DNA of 64,000 bases from a virus. Lineage: Duplodnaviria; Caudoviricetes. This document shows positions 31,596-40,160 of this stretch, piece by piece. Position numbers and translations under genes: made by a program. Each line of letters begins with the position of its first letter. The first letter of the stretch is position 1. Below the pieces are notes generated by a model. It was not told the origin of the DNA and did not search any database. It saw nothing but the letters and a program-made list of their open reading frames with translations. Location: the IMG/VR virus record IMGVR_UViG_3300006874_000001, positions 479 through 64,478 of that record; one strand, 5' to 3'.

Positions 31596-31603
31596 CAAAT
31601 ATA
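31596..31603 (-). promoter_or_regulatory. Late promoter -7 element TATATTTG
   Basis: Directly after the terminator T-tract. Confidence 0.65.
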
Positions 31604-31607
31604 CGAC

Positions 31608-31636
31608 AAAGAAAAAGGGGCCGAAGCCCCTTTCTC
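31608..31636 (-). terminator. Intrinsic terminator of the capsid operon
   Basis: Minus strand AAAGGGGC-TTCG-GCCCCTTT-TTCTTT. Confidence 0.85.
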
Positions 31637-31652
31637 GTCTCATACTATTTGA

Positions 31653-31976
31653 TTACGCTGGGTTTGCGTTACCGTCTGCAACAATAGCCACCACATCATC
31701 CAAGTCTGGGTGGATGTAGTCAGACGTGTGATCGTCTGCAATAGTGATGATGTTGTTTGCGCCTTGGTTGATTGCCTCAACAATGGCTGTGATAACACCC
31801 TTTTCGTTTTCGTTGATAACGCTCAAATCGACATAGTCAACGCGATCAGCTGTATTTGAGGCTGGCTCAAAGTACAACTGGATTTCGTCGTCCACAGTGT
31901 CTGCAATCCCAACGAGTCTATCTACTGGTCTGTATTCGAGAGTATCCTCTCCATCTCTGTATCTAACAAATTTCAT
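31653..31976 (-). CDS. Small acidic virion protein (paralog family)
   Basis: RPVDRLVGI...LYFEP...AIVEAINQ...ITIAD. Confidence 0.7.
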   Translation of the reverse strand: MKFVRYRDGEDTLEYRPVDRLVGIADTVDDEIQLYFEPASNTADRVDYVDLSVINENEKGVITAIVEAINQGANNIITIADDHTSDYIHPDLDDVVAIVADGNANPA

Positions 31977-31993
31977 GATTTTAGTTTTTAAGG

Positions 31994-32311
31994 TTAGGCA
32001 GCAAGAGATCCAAGCGTGATAGCAGAAGCAGTGATATCAGAGTGAACACCTTCACCAGCAACGGCGTCATACACAACCACAAATGGGCTGGTCGAGCTGT
32101 TGATGGCATTGATGATCGCTTCACACACAGCAACCTCTGTTTCGTCAGCGATTGTCAAAGCAATAGAGTCAACGTCTCCCGCATCATTTGACCGTGGCTC
32201 GAAGATTAAAGTAACCGTCGTGTCACCAGTCTGCTTGATGGCAATGAGCTTGTCAACGCTGTTGCAGTAAGCGTCATTTACGCCGTCTTTGAAGTACAAA
32301 AATCTGTTCAT
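31994..32311 (-). CDS. Small acidic virion protein, putative auxiliary capsid protein
   Basis: Directly downstream of MCP; RFLYF...SVDKLIAI...LIFEP...AIINAINS. Confidence 0.7.
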   Translation of the reverse strand: MNRFLYFKDGVNDAYCNSVDKLIAIKQTGDTTVTLIFEPRSNDAGDVDSIALTIADETEVAVCEAIINAINSSTSPFVVVYDAVAGEGVHSDITASAITLGSLAA

Positions 32312-32345
32312 AATGATTAGGTTTTAATAGTTTGACAATAGACTA

Positions 32346-33797
32346 TTATCCCTTGATCATTACGTGCTGGTTTGCAGCGCGGGTGCAGAGTGCAACTTCA
32401 GATCTGTAGTGGAAGACAGCCTGGTCCTTACCAGTATCGCCGTTGTTGGTGTGACCCAAAACGCCGCCACCAGTTACCCAGTGCTCCATTTCACGAGAGT
32501 AGCCGTTAGCTTCCTTGTAGAACATAGCCAAAGCTGGAACGTTCACACCGCTGCGAGCATCCGTAACTTGAGTCAAAGGAACCATAGCGCCCTGGACGTA
32601 GTTAGAAGCACCCAAGAGGGTAGGATCATTCAAGAGCTTCCAGTCATGCTTGTGGAAGGTGTACCCGCCACGAGTGAACGACTTAAAGCCGAGCTTCACA
32701 GCCATGTCAGCGTCGTTGTTGAACGCACCGAACTGACCAGCCAAGCCTGCAGTCACACCAGTAGAGATACCGCTTGCGAGCATGTCATCGATAGCCAAAT
32801 CTTGAGCTCTGTTCACGTACATAGCGTACTCAGATGGAGCACCCTGCTTATCGAGCTCGATGATCAAGTCGTCAAACTCAGCGAAGCTGTCCATTGGGTT
32901 AGACGCTGCGTTCTGAACAACTACACCTCTGTCTTCAATGGCAGAGAAGTAACCTTCAGAACCTGCTCTGTCCGTGAGAGGAGCGTCAGACAATCCAGAA
33001 GCAGCCTTCTTCTCACCGAAGAGGAGCATCATCTCTCTCTTGTCTTCGAAGCGCTTACGAGCCTCTTGCTCACCCTTCAAGTACCAGCGGTAGTTTCCAC
33101 CACCCAAGTTCACCCAACCGATGTTGGTAGCTTGTGATCCGCTCACTTCGTAGCGATCTTTCACAATCATGAATGGGTTGGTGTACTTTCTGATACCCAT
33201 GTCTTGGTAAGCGTGTGGCTGAGCTGTGCCCTGAGCGTACAAGTTACCAATCTTGAGGAGTGTTCCGTTAGAAGCAGTGATGTCAGCAGCGGCCACATCA
33301 GTTTGATCGAGCTTGTTGAGCTTAATCTGGCTGTAAGTAGCTGGCTCCGTGTCGAGCGTACCGCCTTCAATAACGATGAATCTCACTCCAGTGCTAGCGT
33401 CCATAACGACGTCGTTGACTTGGAGCTTGTCATTCAAGCCTGTGTCAGTGTCGTCGAGCTGAACGAAGTCAGCGCCAGAAGCATCGATGGTTGCCGCCGT
33501 GTAGCTGATTGTTTCGTGACGACGACCGATCTCCCACCAGTTAACCTCGTCAGACTGACCGCCTGAGTTGATTGCTCCAGTGAGTTTCAAAAAGCCTGTG
33601 ATCCCCTGGTCGCCATAGGTTTCGACCAATTGATCCATGTGGAAGTCCTTGGTCGTCTTGACCAAGTTATCCAAAGTAGTGTAAGTCTCTGGGGAGACTC
33701 TGAACGACGAAGCGTTGGCAGTTGTGTTGCCTGCCGCTGTCGTAGTGTTATCGATATACGGGATGTTTGTACCCCGCGTAGATGAGAGATTACTCAT
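32346..33797 (-). CDS. Major capsid protein (crAss-like HK97 fold)
   Basis: 483 aa after the scaffold gene; VNWWE.GR, IVKDRYEVSGS, WYLKGE, LGFKSFTRGGYTFHK, HYRSE. Confidence 0.88.
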   Translation of the reverse strand: MSNLSSTRGTNIPYIDNTTTAAGNTTANASSFRVSPETYTTLDNLVKTTKDFHMDQLVETYGDQGITGFLKLTGAINSGGQSDEVNWWEIGRRHETISYTAATIDASGADFVQLDDTDTGLNDKLQVNDVVMDASTGVRFIVIEGGTLDTEPATYSQIKLNKLDQTDVAAADITASNGTLLKIGNLYAQGTAQPHAYQDMGIRKYTNPFMIVKDRYEVSGSQATNIGWVNLGGGNYRWYLKGEQEARKRFEDKREMMLLFGEKKAASGLSDAPLTDRAGSEGYFSAIEDRGVVVQNAASNPMDSFAEFDDLIIELDKQGAPSEYAMYVNRAQDLAIDDMLASGISTGVTAGLAGQFGAFNNDADMAVKLGFKSFTRGGYTFHKHDWKLLNDPTLLGASNYVQGAMVPLTQVTDARSGVNVPALAMFYKEANGYSREMEHWVTGGGVLGHTNNGDTGKDQAVFHYRSEVALCTRAANQHVMIKG

Positions 33798-33810
33798 TTT
33801 TTTCTAGGTT

Positions 33811-34881
33811 TTAGATTTTGAAAGTCATCTTGTTGCTGTTGTTGCTAAAGATGGTTTTGAGTTGCTCTGCCACTGGGGATTGTTGAGTCGGTTGTGCTTG
33901 TGGGTTCTGTACACCAACGTTCGCAGCTCTGTTGACTAGACCTCTCTGTCCGTCGCCAATGCCTTGATTGTACGCAGAGGAGATGATAGCGTCAATGTTG
34001 TCTACCAAAGCTCTGTGTGAGTTGAGTGTATCGAAATCCCAGTTGCCGTCTTCGTCAACGTAAGGATCGAAGTATTGATCAAGATTGACGTTTCTGTCGA
34101 TCAGGCTCTCCCTGTATGCGTTGTCTAGACTAAATGTAAAGGACCGACCGTTTCCGAGGTCGAATTCCAAACCTTCGAGAGCGTCTGTCTCTCGGGCCAT
34201 AGTTTGAATCCAATCATCATTGATTACATCATCGATTGAATCACGGTAGTCTGACTCCTCTGGGAGGGCGTACGTCTCTCGAATCTCTTCGATTGTTTCC
34301 CTAGCTTCCTGAGCGTCGATTTTGAGCTGCAGAGATGCAAGACGCACCTGTTCATCATCGTAGATGTCAGGGTTGATCTTGTACTTGTCGTTGACAAGAA
34401 TTTCGATTTCGTCATAAGAAAGGTTTGGGTACTGTGACGCCATATCTACTTTGATGGCAGTCATATCATCCATTTCGGATGTGTCAAGAGACTGATACCT
34501 AAACCAATCTTCAGGGGATCTATTCGTGCTCTCCACGAACTCTACAATCCCTCGAACTCTGTCATCGAGCTGGTACTCTCCTTGCTCGGTATATGAAAGG
34601 TCTTCAAACGAGTTCACGTCACGCCCGAGCCTTTCGCTCAGGTAAGTGAAGATCTCTTGTTCAAATTGACCCTGGTCATATTCTTCTTGATAGCCTTCTT
34701 GAGGCTGTTGATATTGTTGCTCTTCATACTGCTGAGGCTGCTCTTCGAACTGCCCCCCTTGTTCGTACGAATCTTCCTGCTGTGGCTGCTCTACTGGTTG
34801 TTCAGTAGTTTCTGCTGCCATAGCTTCTGCGAGTTGCTCTGGAGTGTCAAAGAACTCGGCTTTTTCAAATTGCTCTTCCAT
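33811..34881 (-). CDS. Putative capsid scaffolding protein
   Basis: Very acidic, Q/E-rich and immediately upstream of MCP. Confidence 0.7.
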   Translation of the reverse strand: MEEQFEKAEFFDTPEQLAEAMAAETTEQPVEQPQQEDSYEQGGQFEEQPQQYEEQQYQQPQEGYQEEYDQGQFEQEIFTYLSERLGRDVNSFEDLSYTEQGEYQLDDRVRGIVEFVESTNRSPEDWFRYQSLDTSEMDDMTAIKVDMASQYPNLSYDEIEILVNDKYKINPDIYDDEQVRLASLQLKIDAQEARETIEEIRETYALPEESDYRDSIDDVINDDWIQTMARETDALEGLEFDLGNGRSFTFSLDNAYRESLIDRNVNLDQYFDPYVDEDGNWDFDTLNSHRALVDNIDAIISSAYNQGIGDGQRGLVNRAANVGVQNPQAQPTQQSPVAEQLKTIFSNNSNKMTFKI

Positions 34882-34900
34882 TGTATTTAGTTGTTTTGTT

Positions 34901-35275
34901 TTATTCTGTGAATGCAAATCCCGTGAAAGTACCGTCAGAACTTACCGAAGTCCACCTCCCGTAAATAGTCTGCCCAGAAACCATGGTCAAGCCGACGTTG
35001 ATGGTAGGTACGAACTCGTAGTATCCGTCACCAGCAGCTAGTAGGGCGTCGGCGTCTGCAAATCTCTTTCCCGTAGACGGGTCTATGTATGCAACCCATC
35101 CAGTTGGCGATCCGTCAGCGTCAGCAAAACCGAATAGGCCTGAACCTCTAACAATCACGTTACCCGCAACATTGCATGTGATTGCAGAAAAGTACCCAGT
35201 GGACGGTCTTCCATTGGTCGTATCCGTCTCGATCACATAAGAACTCTTGAGGTATTTGCTTGATGGATGTGCCAC
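34901..35275 (-). CDS. Small virion protein (MAHPS paralog)
   Basis: Shares MAHPS, IDP.TG, GYYE and YGR.T with its neighbour. Confidence 0.7.
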   Translation of the reverse strand: MAHPSSKYLKSSYVIETDTTNGRPSTGYFSAITCNVAGNVIVRGSGLFGFADADGSPTGWVAYIDPSTGKRFADADALLAAGDGYYEFVPTINVGLTMVSGQTIYGRWTSVSSDGTFTGFAFTE

Positions 35276-35290
35276 TCCCTATGGTTTGCT

Positions 35291-35665
35291 TTATGCCAAG
35301 TACAACACTGCAGCGTCAGTGGTAGTAGCATCTACTTCAGTAAATCTACCATATACAGTGCTACCAGGTGTAATCTCGATGGTTACAGCCACAGTGTCTA
35401 GCGCTTCGTAATACCCTGCGTCATTGTCAGCTGCTGTAAAGGCAACACCTGTGGTAGGGTCAATATGACTTGTGGCTGCAGCATTGCTAGCCCCTAGGTA
35501 CTGATAGATTCCGCTACCCTTTACAGTAAATGTGCCAGCGCCAGCTAAGACATCTGTGTTTGTAATGGCGCAAATGATCTTACCTGATGGAGCGCTTACA
35601 GCTCCCTGATCTTCATCGATTACGATAATGCCTCCATTCCCTAAGTAGTCGCTTGGATGTGCCAT
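35291..35665 (-). CDS. Small virion protein (MAHPS paralog)
   Basis: Shares the same motifs with its neighbour; both are 124 aa. Confidence 0.7.
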   Translation of the reverse strand: MAHPSDYLGNGGIIVIDEDQGAVSAPSGKIICAITNTDVLAGAGTFTVKGSGIYQYLGASNAAATSHIDPTTGVAFTAADNDAGYYEALDTVAVTIEITPGSTVYGRFTEVDATTTDAAVLYLA

Positions 35666-35668
35666 GTC

Positions 35669-36073
35669 TTATGAAAGTGTTACAGCTGAGCTATCGAGTC
35701 CGAACACACCGAGTTCAACGATGGTGTCAACTCTCGTAGCGTAAGCTTTGATTGTCTGATCTGGTGCCACTGGTACGAAACAAAACTCACCACCAGCCAA
35801 TTTTGCGAATACGTCGTTTGAGTTGGCGTCGTTGTACAAGTACACGTACTTCTCCCTCTCTGAGTCCATGTTTTTCACATAGATGTAAGCAGAAGTGAGC
35901 TTATCGTTTTCCTTGTAGACAACGAGTGCATCATCGTTAACTGCTGTGTGCAGAACCTTAGCTCTCATTAGGTATCCAGAATCTGCAGCTGCAGCCTGGA
36001 CAACATTGAGAGCGACAGGGGTCGTCAAAACGTCACCGCTTGCCAACGCAAGTGTTGCTCTCAGAGTACCCAT
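35669..36073 (-). CDS. Small beta-rich virion protein
   Basis: Starts MGTLRATLAL at a TAATG overlap; paralog of 36073-36483. Confidence 0.7.
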   Translation of the reverse strand: MGTLRATLALASGDVLTTPVALNVVQAAAADSGYLMRAKVLHTAVNDDALVVYKENDKLTSAYIYVKNMDSEREKYVYLYNDANSNDVFAKLAGGEFCFVPVAPDQTIKAYATRVDTIVELGVFGLDSSAVTLS

Positions 36074-36483
36074 TAGGCTTCGAAGATGATGGCGTATTCT
36101 ACAGTCATGTCCGTAGCTACGCTTGGAGTGTATGTAATATCTGCGTCTGTAGCCGTGGTGTCTGCATTCCAAGGGAAGAACATCCAATCTCCAGCATACA
36201 GTCTGCCGACCTCGGTGCCACCAACCTTAACCAGAACGTACTCAGTAGCAGTTGTAGCCGTGTTTCTGATGTAAATCTTGTGGGATTTGTCGTCAGTGTA
36301 CGATGCTGCAGCAAAAAGAGTTACCTCTGTTGTAGCCGTGGTAGTTTTTCTTCCCACCCCAGAAGTTTGATCAAGACCAGTAAGCGAATCAGCTTTGGTC
36401 AAGGTTGATGTAGTGCTGAGCGAGAGGGTGTCTCCAGTCAGGTCCGCGCTAGAAAGCGTCAGTGTTGCAGTGGTTGTTGCCAT
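36073..36483 (-). CDS. Small Thr-rich virion protein
   Basis: MATTTATLTL...IYIRN...LYAGDWMFFPW. Confidence 0.75.
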   Translation of the reverse strand: MATTTATLTLSSADLTGDTLSLSTTSTLTKADSLTGLDQTSGVGRKTTTATTEVTLFAAASYTDDKSHKIYIRNTATTATEYVLVKVGGTEVGRLYAGDWMFFPWNADTTATDADITYTPSVATDMTVEYAIIFEA

Positions 36484-36505
36484 TGTATGGGTTGTTTCGT
36501 TTGTG

Positions 36506-36513
36506 CAAATATA
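36506..36513 (-). promoter_or_regulatory. Late promoter -7 element TATATTTG (capsid operon)
   Basis: Intergenic, 22 nt before the ATG at 36483. Confidence 0.65.
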
Positions 36514-36539
36514 ATCAAGAAGTAATTACCATTTTGACC

Positions 36540-36767
36540 TTAAAGATTTTCAGAGTACTCCATGAGATTACCATAGGTCAAGTCGTCAAGCTTTGCTTCG
36601 TCGGAAATGCCTGAGTCTGTGTAGAAAGAAACAGACGGGATATTCCCAGCCTTAGCCCAAGCAAGAGCCCCAGCCTCAGTTTCGAAATATTCTTCGATGC
36701 TGTCAATCCTTACCACGTATCCAGCAGTAATCTTGTTTCCTGTATCAGTAGCTATCCTTGCCATCAA
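36540..36767 (-). CDS. Hypothetical protein in the tail fibre operon
   Basis: 75-aa ORF overlapping the upstream stop codon. Confidence 0.55.
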   Translation of the reverse strand: MMARIATDTGNKITAGYVVRIDSIEEYFETEAGALAWAKAGNIPSVSFYTDSGISDEAKLDDLTYGNLMEYSENL

Positions 36768-37714
36768 TAAACAGAGTAGTATGTGTTGGTGTCGGTCATG
36801 ACGTTATCTCTGTCTGGCAGTGTCGTGTCGGACCATATAATTGCTTCTGCAAGGTAGCCCTGATATTGAGCTGCACCATTATCAGACCTTCTCCCCAGAG
36901 CCATCTTGAGGCTTCCGTTGTTAATTGTTCCGCTAGTTGGGAATCCAATATCTGTGTCAGCAGTATCTCCATTGACATCAATATCCCCCTCGTAAGGAGA
37001 TGCGGAGGCGTAGTTTGTAACTATGTACTCCGTATTTGTTGATACTGTTGCGTTCGTATCGCTTCTGCCAAGTTGACCCCCACTGTATCTTGCTGAAATT
37101 CTGAGCTTCTGCGTTGCGCCAAGAATGCTGAGCTGTGTTACCTGTGTAGACGTAGAAGCAGACCACTGACTAAGTACTTGTTGACCAGTGGTTACAGTTC
37201 TAAACTCACCTAGATATGATATCAAGAGGTGGTCTCCGTTGTTAGATACAAACGTGTCCTCTAGCCACCTAGCTGTAGAGCTGAAATAAAAGTCTAGAGC
37301 TGGGATAGAATTGGTCGTTGTTGTGATTACACTGCCAGACGCATTCACGATGTATGGTCTAGATGCGGCTGTCGTATTAACCATGTGGTTACCGTTTCCG
37401 CTTTGGTCCCACCACTGGCTCACCCTGCCGTAGTTGCTGCCGCAGTGAGTTGTGAGCGCAGACGTATCTAAGTCGCCGTTAGAGTCAAAACCTATATCAG
37501 CTGTCGTACCAGACGAGTTCTCTACGGTGATAGCCGTAGTGGCTGTAGATGAAAGCTTTCTCAAGCTATAGGCTGCAACAGCACCCGCATGGGTATCAAG
37601 GAAGTAGTCTACTGGCACATCAACGCCTGCGACCTTGGAGATGTTTGCGACAGCGACTCCGTCAACCTTGCTGATAGACGACCAAGAAACTCCAGATAGC
37701 TTATCTATGCTCAT
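36764..37714 (-). CDS. Fibre-associated receptor-binding protein with concanavalin/LamG-like domain
   Basis: N-terminal ISKV.GV repeats; [17 protein letters not shown] and GYLAEAIIW motifs. Confidence 0.7.
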   Translation of the reverse strand: MSIDKLSGVSWSSISKVDGVAVANISKVAGVDVPVDYFLDTHAGAVAAYSLRKLSSTATTAITVENSSGTTADIGFDSNGDLDTSALTTHCGSNYGRVSQWWDQSGNGNHMVNTTAASRPYIVNASGSVITTTTNSIPALDFYFSSTARWLEDTFVSNNGDHLLISYLGEFRTVTTGQQVLSQWSASTSTQVTQLSILGATQKLRISARYSGGQLGRSDTNATVSTNTEYIVTNYASASPYEGDIDVNGDTADTDIGFPTSGTINNGSLKMALGRRSDNGAAQYQGYLAEAIIWSDTTLPDRDNVMTDTNTYYSVY

Positions 37715-39735
37715 GCCACAACAATCCAGTCAGACGATGGGTTGAAGTAAATCATGTTTGCCGAGGGCTTAACTACATACCCAACAATCCTAACAACATT
37801 TCCGCTCCCTGTAGGAGCTGTTGTCGTGACAGTTCCAGCAGTGGTGTTTAGATACACCTTGTCACCAATAGACGCTGACGTGAGCGTAGTAGAGACTCTC
37901 ACCACCCCTCTTGCAAGGAGTTCGGCCCTATCCTCTGCGTCAGTCACCACCACGAGCATGCCAGAGCCACCAGCCTCTGTCGATGCATTGGCCGCTACAG
38001 AGGTAGCGCTACCCAAGTAATGAACCTCCCCAGCGTCGCCTGTAAGTGTGGAAGAGGAGTATACTGAGCCGAGTATCTCTGAGCCAACTGCGTAATTCCC
38101 AGCGATACTCAAAGCAGTCTTGGCACTACTGTTTATTCTATCTGCAGCTAGCTCACCCTCAACTGTTAGCTTTGTTCCATTCCACGTGAGGTTCGCATCA
38201 CCCTCAATGGTGTCTGCATCTGTAAAGACTGCAAGCTGATCATTAGCTGGGGTCCCGCTAGTGTCTACAGTACCGACACTAGTCCAGCTCGTGGTACCAC
38301 TACCGTTTGTTTGAAGAACCTGCCCAGAGCTACCGTCAGTAGCAGGGAGGTAGTAAGTAGTGTTTGACGTCAGGTTAGCAGGAGCCCTGAGGATTACGTA
38401 ATTGCTCTCATCGACGTCATAGATAGCCAGCTGAGCAGCAGTAGCTCCTTGAGGCCTAAACGATGTAACGCCAGTGAGCGTATCGGAGTTTCCGTCAAGG
38501 ACATTCCCCCATGACAGAGTGCCAGCCCCATTTGTTGTTAAGGCTTGACCGTTTGTCCCATACCCGTCTGGAAGGGTGAACGTAATATCAGAAGTCACGC
38601 TGAGCGGAGCCGACAGAGCAATAAAGTTGCTGCCTAGTACGTCAGTCTCATAGAGCTTGATCTTCCCAACGCCTAGACCTCCTGCACCGTCAAACTGAAT
38701 GTCGTCTGACTTGAGGATGATGGCTCCTGTGCCGTCAGGGTCAATGGTGATGTCGCCGTTAGAAGCAGACGTAATCTTGTTTCCGTTGACGTCAAGGTCA
38801 CCACCGAGCTGTGGCGTTGAGTCCAGATCAATTCCAAATGCTGTTGGTGTGGCTACGCCGCTAGCGTTACCAATCCAGATCTGATCCTGAGGTATGTTGG
38901 GGACGTCATTTGCCCTGCCAGCACCCATAACAATTCCAGAGATCTTGTTTCCGCTTACATTGACCTTGATGATAATACCAAGGTTCTGTATGGCATTTGT
39001 TCCTGTTGGCTTAGTAGTCACCCATCCACCAGAAGCCCCAAGATATACGGTCTGACCTTCTGTATAGATAGAAGCGTCAGGGACGTCTACGTTGTTGATA
39101 AACCCAAGGGCGATACCCTGCCCCTCTCCCTCGTCAGCCAGATCCTGATCGAGCACGAAGTGTGCTGGGTAGTTCGTGGCGGCATCGGCAGCGATTACCT
39201 CAGCGAGATTGCCAACAGAGCCCGTGACGTGAACTGGAGTGCCCTTGTATAGGACACCTCCGCTTACATTCTTTACGTTCTCAGAGATAGTCTTTGGGTA
39301 GGCGAATGTAACGGTTCCTGCTCCATCAGTAGTAAGGACTTGACCATCATCTCCGTCAGTAGCTGGTAGCGTATATGCGCTCCACTTTGTGTCGTAGTCA
39401 GTGGCGCTATTCTTCTGAAGAAACTGGTTTTCAGAACCACCAGCAATTACGCCTTCACCAGCGGGACCTGTAGCGCCAGTCTCTCCCTGGATGCCTTGGA
39501 TGCCCTGCTCTCCCTGTATACCTTGTTCCCCCTGAGGTCCAGTAGCACCCGTAGCACCCGTAGCGCCAGCTTCACCTGTGTCTCCTTTAGGACCTTTGCT
39601 GCTAACAGAGATCTCTGACGAAGCAGGCGATGTTACAGATACAGAGGATGTGGATGTAGTGAAGGAGGTTTTCGTACCTCCCGACACACTAACACTTACA
39701 GAGGTGCCGCTTGTTGTGGTGACTGATACTGACAT
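37711..39735 (-). CDS. Tail fibre protein with collagen-like repeats
   Basis: About 15 GXY triplets, repeated LP..DG..GQVL.T.G.G knobs, and [11 protein letters not shown]. Confidence 0.85.
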   Translation of the reverse strand: MSVSVTTTSGTSVSVSVSGGTKTSFTTSTSSVSVTSPASSEISVSSKGPKGDTGEAGATGATGATGPQGEQGIQGEQGIQGIQGETGATGPAGEGVIAGGSENQFLQKNSATDYDTKWSAYTLPATDGDDGQVLTTDGAGTVTFAYPKTISENVKNVSGGVLYKGTPVHVTGSVGNLAEVIAADAATNYPAHFVLDQDLADEGEGQGIALGFINNVDVPDASIYTEGQTVYLGASGGWVTTKPTGTNAIQNLGIIIKVNVSGNKISGIVMGAGRANDVPNIPQDQIWIGNASGVATPTAFGIDLDSTPQLGGDLDVNGNKITSASNGDITIDPDGTGAIILKSDDIQFDGAGGLGVGKIKLYETDVLGSNFIALSAPLSVTSDITFTLPDGYGTNGQALTTNGAGTLSWGNVLDGNSDTLTGVTSFRPQGATAAQLAIYDVDESNYVILRAPANLTSNTTYYLPATDGSSGQVLQTNGSGTTSWTSVGTVDTSGTPANDQLAVFTDADTIEGDANLTWNGTKLTVEGELAADRINSSAKTALSIAGNYAVGSEILGSVYSSSTLTGDAGEVHYLGSATSVAANASTEAGGSGMLVVVTDAEDRAELLARGVVRVSTTLTSASIGDKVYLNTTAGTVTTTAPTGSGNVVRIVGYVVKPSANMIYFNPSSDWIVVA

Positions 39736-40160
39736 TATACTTGCTCACGGATGTTTGTGTTCAAGTTGAAGGATCCTCTAAGGAACGTCGTGTAAGTATC
39801 GATCCCTGTTGTGCTTGGGATTCTGTATTGAATTTCGTAATTGTAAACGCCAGACTTAATTCTACTCATCACCTGTGAAGAGGCGTTAAAAGTAGCATTG
39901 CCGCTGTCGTCAATGACAGTGTCCTCGAATGTGTTCTCAGATCCGCTTACGTTCGGCGTAGACAAAACGATGCGCTGTGGAGTAGACCCTCTAGCAGGCG
40001 TAGCTTGCTTGACAATAAAAAAGAACTCATAATTCAAGGTGTCTAGCGTGATCGCAGTACCTGCAGAGTCCTTCAATGTAACTGTAAGTGAGAAGCTGTC
40101 ACCGCGTCTGGCAGTGATGTTTAGAGCCTCGCTAACATCAAGATTTACGTTACTGGCCAT
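39735..40160 (-). CDS. Fibre-anchoring protein, BppU-N-like
   Basis: RGDSFSLTV...GVYNYEIQ...FLRGSF. Confidence 0.6.
   Translation of the reverse strand: MASNVNLDVSEALNITARRGDSFSLTVTLKDSAGTAITLDTLNYEFFFIVKQATPARGSTPQRIVLSTPNVSGSENTFEDTVIDDSGNATFNASSQVMSRIKSGVYNYEIQYRIPSTTGIDTYTTFLRGSFNLNTNIREQV

Noticed and set aside
18370-39735. Diversity-generating retroelement acting on fibre or muzzle genes
   Set aside because: No reverse transcriptase, and no template/variable repeat pair differing at adenines was seen.
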